Below, piece after piece: positions 1 through 8,830 of a stretch of DNA of 64,000 nt. The position numbers and the translations under genes are program-made. Position 1 is the stretch's first letter; every line of letters starts with the position of its first letter. Source of the DNA: Macrostomum lignano. Lineage: Eukaryota. The stretch is taken from contig NIVC01001082.1 in NCBI GenBank assembly GCA_002269645.1, positions 1 through 64,000 on the forward strand. The letters run 5' to 3'. Under the pieces are notes generated by a model that was not told the origin of the DNA, did no database searches, and saw nothing but the letters and a program-made list of their open reading frames with translations.

Positions 1-123
1 TCTCAAACATAATAATATTATATTCTTTATTCTCCAACATATTGGGTGTGAGATAATTAATCACATTAGAATCGGTTTTGAACGCAGCTCTCCATTTTTA
101 ATCTAAAAAAAATAACAAAAAAA

Positions 124-288
124 ATGAAAGACATTTATGTTTGTAATAAATGTAATGTGACTATGCACAGAGGGCAAACAGCAAACGGAGATATATATCA
201 TATGTGTTATTCATGTTCTAAAATATATCAATTTGAAAAAACAAAAAAGATTGAAAACTCATATTACTATTTTAAAATACAATTTTAA
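124..288 (+). CDS. Small zinc-ribbon protein (54 aa)
   Basis: Hand translation MKDIYVCNKC...HMCYSCSK... gives two CxxC pairs; shorter than any ORF in the supplied track. Confidence 0.5.
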   Translation: MKDIYVCNKCNVTMHRGQTANGDIYHMCYSCSKIYQFEKTKKIENSYYYFKIQF

Positions 289-821
289 GAAATCTTACAA
301 GAGACATTTCTGATCCAATTTTAATTCCCGGAAATAATGTTTATTTATATAATAACTTTTTCCATTTAAATAAAGGAAAGGGATTAAGTTCGAAAGACTC
401 TGAAAGGATTTTAATTTTAGTTGATATTATTTCAATTTTCTTATTCGAGAGAATACAAAGTTTATAAGGATAGGTAACATACCTAACGAAATGTTTGAAA
501 AAGTCATTGGAATTTTATGTATTGATAAAAATTTAAACCTAGATCAGAAGAGAGTTACCACTTTGGGAAGAATATATAACATATGCATTAGAAAAACTAA
601 ACAACCTGAAGTTCTACCGCACTTCCTGACGCGGGCTTTGTGCCCCAGTAGCAATAGTTTCAGGTTCGTAAATGCCTAATGTTTCTATCGGTGGAGCTTT
701 GGGTTTATCGAGTCTCAACTCTTTTAATTCCATATCGGTAAAAGTTTCAACATCTAAAATTCTATTTCTATCTTTTAAATATTTTTCATATAATCAACCG
801 CGGTTGATAATTCATGAATCG

Positions 822-1250
822 TTATCTCTCCGTCATCCAATATTTTTTGCACATATAAATATAATTGATTTTTATATTGTTTGCAACATCTCTTAAAGAT
901 TTATATTTTTCCTTTCTTTTTTTAAGATATAATTTAATTGCTAAAAGTATTGATAAGTTCCTGATCAATTCAAAACCTGATATTGAGCCAATTGAAATAC
1001 CTAAAAATAATTGAGATAAATTAAGAGTTGGAATAGATTGTAAAATACCTAAAACGATTACACATAACATTGATAAGCTTCCAAATCCAATATTGAAAAA
1101 GTCCATATTTCTTATATGGTTTGAAACTCTTCTTACTTTTTTAGCATATAAATCATAATCATAATTTATTCGATCAACATTACTCAACATCTGACCTTTA
1201 CGTTGGTTGAACCGGTCGCGTTCCCATTTATCTGCTTCAGATACCGACAT
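822..1250 (-). CDS. Hypothetical viral protein with two hydrophobic helices flanked by charged helical segments
   Basis: 142-aa ORF; hydrophobic stretches IGFGSLSMLCVIVLGIL and LFLGISIGSISGF...ILLAIKL. Confidence 0.6.
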   Translation of the reverse strand: MSVSEADKWERDRFNQRKGQMLSNVDRINYDYDLYAKKVRRVSNHIRNMDFFNIGFGSLSMLCVIVLGILQSIPTLNLSQLFLGISIGSISGFELIRNLSILLAIKLYLKKRKEKYKSLRDVANNIKINYIYMCKKYWMTER

Positions 1251-1560
1251 TCTCGTCTATTTTTAATAGCACCAAAATGAATTCCCACGCTCTTTGGGAT
1301 TTGCCCGAGCTTAATAGGTATTGTATTGGAGTGATTCTTTCTTTTTTCTCCCATTTAAATCCTATTTTCCAAAACTCTTGAAGTATAATATGATTTTTTA
1401 ATAACTTAATTAATTCTTGAAGCTTCTTATTATCCTGAACATTTACAGTACTAAATAAAAATTTGGTATGAGATTTGAATGTTTTTATATTTGATTCTTG
1501 TTTAGGAATAGGAATAATAACATTATTTTGCCGCATCGATGGAGTTCTACTAAAAGCCAT
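1237..1560 (-). CDS. Hypothetical viral protein (probable start MAFSRTPS at 1560)
   Basis: 3' part of track ORF 1237..1716; the upstream part overlaps the fiber C-terminus in another frame. Confidence 0.45.
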   Translation of the reverse strand: MAFSRTPSMRQNNVIIPIPKQESNIKTFKSHTKFLFSTVNVQDNKKLQELIKLLKNHIILQEFWKIGFKWEKKERITPIQYLLSSGKSQRAWEFILVLLKIDENVGI

Positions 1561-1591
1561 TTTATATAGAAATATTTTATATATAAATATT

Positions 1592-3633
1592 TTATATTTG
1601 AGTAGGAGGTTTTTCCAAATAAGCAGTAGAGGGAAAAACATAACCAAACGACGTACTACCACATACAACTGCGCCACGAATAAAATGTGCAGCATCCGCT
1701 CCAGTTCGAGCACCAAAACCCATAAGGGTTCCAGATTTATCTAAAGTTCCCCAAGTTCCACTATCATATGTGAAAACGTTCTGCCAATGAGGGTAAAAGA
1801 ATCACCAGCAACATTGTATGACTGTAATCGGTACCAAACCCTTTGATTTAAAATATTAACTTCAAATAAATGCCAATCGCCGTTATCAATATTAGCATAG
1901 GCTACAGTTTGATCCGCATCACTACTAACATCGTTACGAACCGTAGATCCGTCTGATTTTTTATTACTCCAAACAACTCCAAACCTATCATGCCACTCAC
2001 TTGCAAAAACTATCAATCCGGCGTCGGTTGATAATCCAGATCCAAATTCCGATGTTGGACGTTGGTGACAGTATGCATAAAACCAAACCGCATCTGCACC
2101 ATCTCCTGTAGCATTAGCAACTCGGAAAAAGAAAGACGCAGATATATTTTGAAAATGTGTGAAATTGAATTGTAAAGCACCACTTACTCCAGAAGTTTCA
2201 CGAGTAATTCTAGCGCCGTTTTGATAATCGATATAAGAAGCGTCACCAATTAAAGAACCGACTGGATATATATCTCCGGCGGTTGTTGGATTTTGATATC
2301 CAGACCAATTGCAAATTACTGGTTCGAACAAGGCCGCATCAATAGCAGGTATTCCATCCAATTTATTTTTATCGCTTCCAGACATTCTACCATTTGATGT
2401 TGGAGTAGCTAGCTGATCTACGTACGCTCGCGGAACTGCAGAAAGTATTTGAGTTGGCCAATTAAGATCTTGAATTTCAACACGGTGTTCAAATAATTGT
2501 ATTTGACGAACCTCGATAGGTTGTGTACCGGTACCACCAGTTGGGAAGAATACGCTATAATATTTCCAAAAATTAGTCGTTAAATTAGATAGAGCAAATG
2601 ATGTTGCTTGAACTGGTGATCCCGACGTAGTTAATGTTGTCCATGAATCGGTAGCAACATTTTTTGCGCGAACCGACCACCCGAGGGTATCTCAATTGTT
2701 TCACTGCCTGTAATTCTTAATTCAAATATTCTTCTATTATAACCTAAAAATTCAAATTGAATTTCCATATTGGTTGTGGTTCCGGTATTTGGTGACCATT
2801 GTGTCGCAAGGCTTCCATCTCCAACTCGAAAAGCTGTGTTGCCATTTTCAGATGCTGTAAGAACAACATCAGGATTTGAAGTATTTGATGTAAGCGGCGT
2901 GGTAAAAATATCGGCGTCGGTTGCATTAGCTCGCTCATTTACTTGGCCTAGAGTTATCGAGTCTGCGTTATCTGTTCCAAATAATAAATTTGTTAATTTA
3001 AAATTATTCATATTAATATTACCACTACGAGTGGCAACTTGATTATCGACATAGTTCTTATCAACCACTGAATCACTAGTTGTAATTGAAACATTTATAA
3101 TTCGGTTGTTGCTCATATCTAGGTTTCCGGTTGCGGTGGTTTGAACATAACGTGAATCAGAATCAGTTCGAGAATAAGAATCAGTTACATCTCTTTTTAA
3201 ATTTAATCCATTATCAACTTCGGTTTTGGTATAAGAATCGGCTACGTTCCGTTTCAAATTTAATGAATTATCAACTTCGGTTTTGGTATAAGAATCGGCT
3301 GTATTGCGTTTTAAATTTAATGAATTATCAACTCGTTTTGGTATAAGAATCGGCTGTATTGCGTTTTAAATTTAATGAATTATCAACTTCGGTTTTGGTA
3401 TAGGAATCGGCTACGTTCCGTTTCAGATTTAGTGAATCATCTATTTGAGTTTTGGTATAGGAATCTGCAACATTTCTTTTTAAATTTAATTTATTATCAA
3501 TTTCAGTTTTTTTATAACCTTCATCCTCATTAATATATCGATTATCTCCAAATGTAACACTTATTCCACCAGATGTGCCACCACCACCACTACTTGTTGT
3601 TCCGTTCCATGAGGGTGTTCCAGAAAATAACAT
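1592..3633 (-). pseudogene. Fiber/receptor-binding protein: 19-aa repeat shaft, discoidin(F5/8)-like domain, phage-tail-type motif, L-lectin/ConA-like head; about 3 frameshifts
   Basis: Joins ORFs 3328..3633, 2631..3257, 1741..2385 and the gaps between them. Repeats KTEVDNSLNLKRNVADSYT; ATPTSNGRMSGSDKNKLDGI; GDGADAVWFY; C-terminal GFGARTG...PPTQI* in a shifted frame. Confidence 0.75.
3170..3520. repeat. 57-bp coding tandem repeat (~6 units) in the fiber gene
   Basis: Unit approx. ttttaaatttaatgaattatcaacttcggttttggtataagaatcggctgtattgcg. Confidence 0.9.
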
Positions 3634-3657
3634 TTTTTACTGTCTATTTTATAGAGT

Positions 3658-4115
3658 CTAAAATCGCCCTAGATCGTCATCATGCTTTGCATGATATAAA
3701 TACTTCGGGGTTTCCTTCGAGTTATTAATCGAATTTAGTCGATATAAAAAATACAACGCCGCTTGCCCGCAATAACTTTTATCAAAGGTTTGAAATTGTT
3801 CGTGATGATCTCCACATAAACGATTTTTAGTATGATTAAATTTGTCTTTTATTTCCTGTAACGGAGGAAGCGCGTATGAATCAAAAAAATAAACAAGTTT
3901 AGGTTTGAATAAACTGCCGACCAATGAACACCATTTTCTTTTGTTGTTTCAATATTAACAATGAAAGATCCATATTGTGGTAAGTCTTTGATCTCATCTC
4001 GCATAACACATCTGAATGGTTTTATTTTTAACTGCCTCGCCCAATTTGTTAATTCGATATTGCTTGTTGTGTCCGTTCCATATCTTTGTTTAAAATCATC
4101 CCACGTCATGGTCAT
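3658..4115 (-). CDS. Adenain-like cysteine maturation protease (one frameshift near 3905)
   Basis: Catalytic motifs GVHW, YFFDSY and Q..DKSYCG are split between ORFs 3849..4115 and 3658..3924. Confidence 0.85.
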
Positions 4116-4116
4116 T

Positions 4117-4323
4117 TTATGTTCCTGAAAAACTCTTGGTTTTAGTTAGTTTCGTAGGTGTGGGTTTTAACAATTCCTTTCTTATTTTATCAGCTTGTAA
4201 CTGCCTTAATTTTGCTAGTTCTAGTTCGTAATTATCTTCAGCTTTTTTAACTTTTTCTGATTGTTTTTTTATTAAATTATTATTATCGTGCTTTGCACGC
4301 GAACATGTTGTTCGATTACCCAT
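4117..4323 (-). CDS. Small basic coiled-coil protein with a possible N-myristoylation start (MGNRTT)
   Basis: 68-aa ORF that fills the gap between penton and protease. Confidence 0.55.
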   Translation of the reverse strand: MGNRTTCSRAKHDNNNLIKKQSEKVKKAEDNYELELAKLRQLQADKIRKELLKPTPTKLTKTKSFSGT

Positions 4324-4333
4324 TTTTACAGTA

Positions 4334-5115
4334 CTAAACCTGTTTTATACGTAAAATTATTGTTATTGACTGCCCACCAAAACTTATTAATCTATCGCTT
4401 TCATCTACAATCCTAATATAAATTGATTGAACATTATATTGATTTAATGGGTAATATATTGGGGTTTGGGTGCAACAATCATTTTCTCTCCAATTGGAAC
4501 AGCAAGAAATGGGATTGAATAAATAATTCCACGTTGAACCAAAACTCCGTTATCGTCTGTTATATAACCGCCGTTTGAAATGTCGGTTGTTATATTAATT
4601 GTATTGACTCCGCCCTCAATTTTCCACGTATCACCGGTGCTTGATGTGGTAACTATTCGGGAATTAAATCCAAGTATGGTTCTGAGTGAATTTGCAATTG
4701 TGAAATCAACCTGATATCCGGATCCTAGTGATAGTGTGAATCTGCCAGACGGTAAATCAACACCTATAACAATTGCTCCTGCTACCCAATCACCATTAGT
4801 TGTTAATTCTCCTTCTATATAAGCATTCAAATCAGTATAGCTATACGCTCCTGGGTTAACGCTAAATGTTGTCCAATTGGCTCCGGAATCTTTAGAATAT
4901 CTAAATTGATTATTTGTTGCATTAATTAATTGAGGCATGTTGAAAACCGAAAATAGTATTAAACCTATTTGATAACTTAGGCTTTGATCAAGTTGTAATG
5001 GATCGCGCAATTGAATCCGTTGCTCGCTGGTTGTCATTATAAACTGTAATGTTGTACTAAATTTTGAATTAGTTCGATCTACCAATTGTTTTATAGTATT
5101 TAAATTTGTAGTCAT
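4334..5115 (-). CDS. Minor capsid protein (penton), one frameshift near 4450
   Basis: PLQLDQSLSYQIGL..NNQFRY..PGAYSYTDLNAYI; the shifted frame continues IYIRIVDESDRLISFGGQSITIILRIKQV*, typical of a Polinton minor capsid C-terminus. Confidence 0.8.
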
Positions 5116-5152
5116 TTTTATAGTGGGAAATTAATCGGACGAAGTCCGCATG

Positions 5153-5983
5153 CTATGCACGATCGAACGAAGTTCGCGACCCTATGGGGCGATCCTCTTC
5201 TTCCTCATTATCTTCTTTTATCAAATTTGTTAAAATTCTATGTTTCCTTTCTAACCTCGGATTGATATAAATATGTTTGTATTGGCTATCATCCCAAATT
5301 TTTTTACACATACTTTTAAATGGTTTTGCATCCAATCCGGGATTAAATCTAGCGTGAATATTTTGTAGATCATAGTTATCTAAATCAAACATTACACAAC
5401 AGCTAGCATTCTTTTTTATAATCGATTCTAATTCTCTAAAGGATTGAGTAAGATAAAAAGCTCCAATTCCATCTCCTCTACCACTAACAAAAATTTCCTT
5501 TTGTAATTCTTGATCACCGTCATTAATACAATCATCAAAAATAATTAGTGTTTTATCATGTTTTGGAATTTGATCATAGGCTAATCGGGTTGATACTCTA
5601 ACAGTTGGGGCGCGATCGGACGAAGTCCGCGACCCTTCGGGGCGATCGGTGATGTTTTCTGGCTGTTGTGCCATTGTTTTACATAAATCCTCAATGTCTG
5701 CTAGATTAAATCGCGGTTCGTCATCATCCTCATATTGCTCATATGCTCTTAACATTCTAAACAAGACATCTTTTTTTAATTTGTTTTTTAATCCATGTTT
5801 AAGAAATTCATAATATTTTATTCTAGGTTTATTAGTATAAATTATTAAATTATTATAGTCTAACATTCCATCTGTTGTTAATAAATCGTAAACAAAGTGT
5901 GTTTTTCCTTTACCTGATCCTCCGATTACTAAACAAAGAAAAGGATCATTTGGAAATATTTTATTGTGTTTTGCCTTTACCAT
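5153..5983 (-). CDS. A32/FtsK-like genome packaging ATPase
   Basis: Walker A GGSGKGKT, Walker B LIIFDD, then SGRG and LTQS motifs. Confidence 0.93.
   Translation of the reverse strand: MVKAKHNKIFPNDPFLCLVIGGSGKGKTHFVYDLLTTDGMLDYNNLIIYTNKPRIKYYEFLKHGLKNKLKKDVLFRMLRAYEQYEDDDEPRFNLADIEDLCKTMAQQPENITDRPEGSRTSSDRAPTVRVSTRLAYDQIPKHDKTLIIFDDCINDGDQELQKEIFVSGRGDGIGAFYLTQSFRELESIIKKNASCCVMFDLDNYDLQNIHARFNPGLDAKPFKSMCKKIWDDSQYKHIYINPRLERKHRILTNLIKEDNEEEEDRPIGSRTSFDRA
5160..5195. repeat. 36-bp double-hairpin cassette, copy 1
   Basis: cgatcgaacGAAgttcgcgaccctatggggcgatcc; a related single hairpin cggacGAAgtccg lies at 5136-5148. Confidence 0.8.
5613..5648. repeat. 36-bp double-hairpin cassette, copy 2 (inside the ATPase ORF)
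   Basis: cgatcggacGAAgtccgcgacccTTCggggcgatcg. Confidence 0.85.
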
Positions 5984-6034
5984 TTTTAAAGAAATAATTT
6001 AAATAGGTGCGACGGTCGGAGACCTGCACTCATT

Positions 6035-7500
6035 TTACAATGGCGCGTCCCGAACAATCGTGCCATCAGCTTTAGCAATTGACATATATTCCTCTAGAAA
6101 CAATACGTGGGCGTCATGCCTGATTACCGGTTTTATTAATCTCTAACATATAATTAAGTCCAATATTGGCTACGTTTTCTTTCTGTGCCGTTAGATCATA
6201 AACAACCACTGGATGAATGTTTAGAAACTCTGTGGGTGTGTACTGAGGGACGGCATACGCTTCATTTTTGGCATAATCTTGATAATATTTTATAAAATCA
6301 TTAACATTATTATTTGCAATATTTAGATTAAGAGGATCTTTAACCGGATAATATTGATCATCAACCTGCAGGCGGATATTCTGAACATTAAACTCGTTAA
6401 TTGCAGCAACTGCGTTGTCTGTTGCGGTGCTGCTTGTGCTGCTATGTCACCCGATTGAAGCCAATATAAATCCCCATTTGCTCTTTTACTCCTTCTATTT
6501 GTTATCTTAAACCAAACAAAAATATATCTCACCCGACGTTTTGATGTCAGTATTTGCCACTGGAATGAATCCTGATTGTTATTAATGGTTCGCATAAAGT
6601 GTCTACGATTCAAATAAAATATTTCCTGATCATGCGTTAACTGATTATCGATGTGTTTTAAAAGCGGGCTGTTACCTCAATAGTTGGTACGACTAATTGA
6701 ATTGAATCTATACGAACTGCTATATCGGTTGAAATTGAGGTTCCATAAAGTATCCTAGGCTGATATCCACCAGATATTTGCAACTGTATCCCAAATTTTA
6801 ATCCTTTCCATACCCGATTTGGTGAGAAAAACCCAAATAGTGGAAAGATTGAAAAGTCCTGCTCATATGCTGTTGCTGTGGTTAAAACCGCGACTGGGAA
6901 TTTATTCTGACGATCTATAAAACCAGTATTAATATCTTTTGTATTAGTCATAGTGGTTACAACTGGAACTATGTTTGTATTAAGGTAAACAATTAGCGCT
7001 GCAGTATCTGCACCGGCTGCGTTTTGTACATTAGGGAAAACTACTGCTTGCCGTTACCTTTATCCGGCATCCACCCAACATTATCACCAACTTGTTTTGA
7101 TAAATAAGTATAATTTAAATGTTTCAAAACTCCATTAATCTCTGCGGGGTTTGATGATGTCTCAACCTCAGCACCATTAACAGTTAGTTGAGCTTGGGAA
7201 AAACATTTATAAAACCAATCATTTTCATTATTATTCCGGATCGATCTGCGATATCTCCGCCTGCAAGAGCAGTTCCATCATTTCTAGTATACAACCATCT
7301 AACGCGGAAAAACGCATTTTTCATATCCAATATAGTGTTGGTTGCGCCGATGTCAAAAGTTACCGTTCCAGTAGTAAAGTTATTTGAATTATCACTTGTT
7401 GGTAGGGTATAATTTAAATCTTTGCTCTGACCTCATTAATATACTGTCGGTGCTTTTTGAAATGAAATTTATCACTCCACATAGTTTTTGTTTCAGCCAT
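6035..7500 (-). pseudogene. Double-jelly-roll major capsid protein with about 6 single-base frameshifts
   Basis: Reassembled from MAETKTMWSDKF... to ...DQYYPVKDPLNL..YYQDY..EFLNIHPVVVYDLTAQKE...IVRDAPL*; the C-terminus has the YYP/DL-Q-E signature of Polinton MCPs. Confidence 0.85.
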
Positions 7501-7534
7501 TTTTTTAAGTTAAAAAAGTTTTTTATGTTAAAAA

Positions 7535-8200
7535 ATGAGTCAATTTATGGACGTTGATGGAGAGTTAGCGATTTATAAAGAGAAGCAAAGATATTCTGAT
7601 TTTGTTAGAAATTTACAAAAAAGAAAGTTAGGAATACAATTAGCGGGTGAAAGATTTGCTGCTCCTTTTGTTAATCCTATTACTGGGAAAATTAGTGAAC
7701 TAGAAAAAACAGATAAAGATCTTCTGGAAAAAATTGCTAAAAATACGGAGCCAAAAGAGGATGAAATTTTGGATGAGCCGCCTGCTTATGATGTTGATCA
7801 AGCACAATTGAGAATTGCAGAGATTAGACGTGCAGAGCGGGGCGATCGGGAACAATATCCAAGAGTACCAGCTAGTATTGCTGCGACAGATTTAGGTAAT
7901 AATAATTATCGAATTGGTGGAGTTGATAAAAATCGAAATGAACTATATAGAGAATTGGGTGGAGCATATAATATTGTTATGAACCCTAGGGTAAAATTTA
8001 ACCCTGATTTATATACTAGGGATGAATTAATAAGTGCTAGAATTTTTTATGATGAGTTAGGAGGAGCTGTTAAAAATACCAGCTTGTATAAAAGGATTGT
8101 TAATTCTATAAATAACAAACCGGCTGTTGGAGAAGGATTTAAAACTCCTAGAAAACTTGTTTTAGCTGCCGCGAAAGCTGCTGGACATACTGGTGTTTAA
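7535..8200 (+). CDS. Hypothetical Polinton protein (221 aa; possible core protein)
   Basis: Intact ORF divergent from the MCP, with viral codon usage. Confidence 0.7.
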   Translation: MSQFMDVDGELAIYKEKQRYSDFVRNLQKRKLGIQLAGERFAAPFVNPITGKISELEKTDKDLLEKIAKNTEPKEDEILDEPPAYDVDQAQLRIAEIRRAERGDREQYPRVPASIAATDLGNNNYRIGGVDKNRNELYRELGGAYNIVMNPRVKFNPDLYTRDELISARIFYDELGGAVKNTSLYKRIVNSINNKPAVGEGFKTPRKLVLAAAKAAGHTGV

Positions 8201-8227
8201 TTAATTGTTAAATTTATTTTTTATAAA

Positions 8228-8830
8228 ATGGAAACTAATAAGATTTGTACTAAGTGTAAACAAGAAAAACCGATGACAAAAGAATTTTATTTTTGGAGAA
8301 ATGATTCAAAAAAATTTAGAAATGATTGTCGATCTTGTCATAATACCTCATCTGCTATTTGGATAAAAAACAATAAAGATAAATGGAATGAATATAGAAA
8401 AAATAAGTATCACACTGATGATAATTACAAACATATTGTTTTAATTAGAAATAGAATAAATTGGGCGTTGAAAAATTTTAATGACAAGGACTATATCTCA
8501 TATCTTGGTTGCACAAAAGAATTCTTTTTTGATTGGTTAAATTTCACAAGAAATTATTATGTATCAAAAGATTATACTGGAAAGTTAGATATTGATCATT
8601 TCATTCCCGCTTCTTCGTTTAGTTACAAAGATGAAGATCAGATGAAAAAGTCTGAACATTGGACAAATAAAAGATACTTAACTAGCGTAGATAATAACTA
8701 TAAAAAAGTTAAACAACCAACCATTGAAGAGTTTGCAAAACAATTGGTGCTTTCATGTATTTTTAAGGCTATTAAAAATGAGCAACCGAACGAAGTTCGC
8801 GTTCCTTCGGAACGATCAAATAGTGTTTGA
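8228..8830 (+). CDS. HNH (endonuclease VII-like, giant-virus type) endonuclease with N-terminal zinc finger
   Basis: CTKC...CRSC zinc finger; YLGCT; IDHFIPASSF...HWTN..L..DN..K HNH core. Confidence 0.85.
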   Translation: METNKICTKCKQEKPMTKEFYFWRNDSKKFRNDCRSCHNTSSAIWIKNNKDKWNEYRKNKYHTDDNYKHIVLIRNRINWALKNFNDKDYISYLGCTKEFFFDWLNFTRNYYVSKDYTGKLDIDHFIPASSFSYKDEDQMKKSEHWTNKRYLTSVDNNYKKVKQPTIEEFAKQLVLSCIFKAIKNEQPNEVRVPSERSNSV

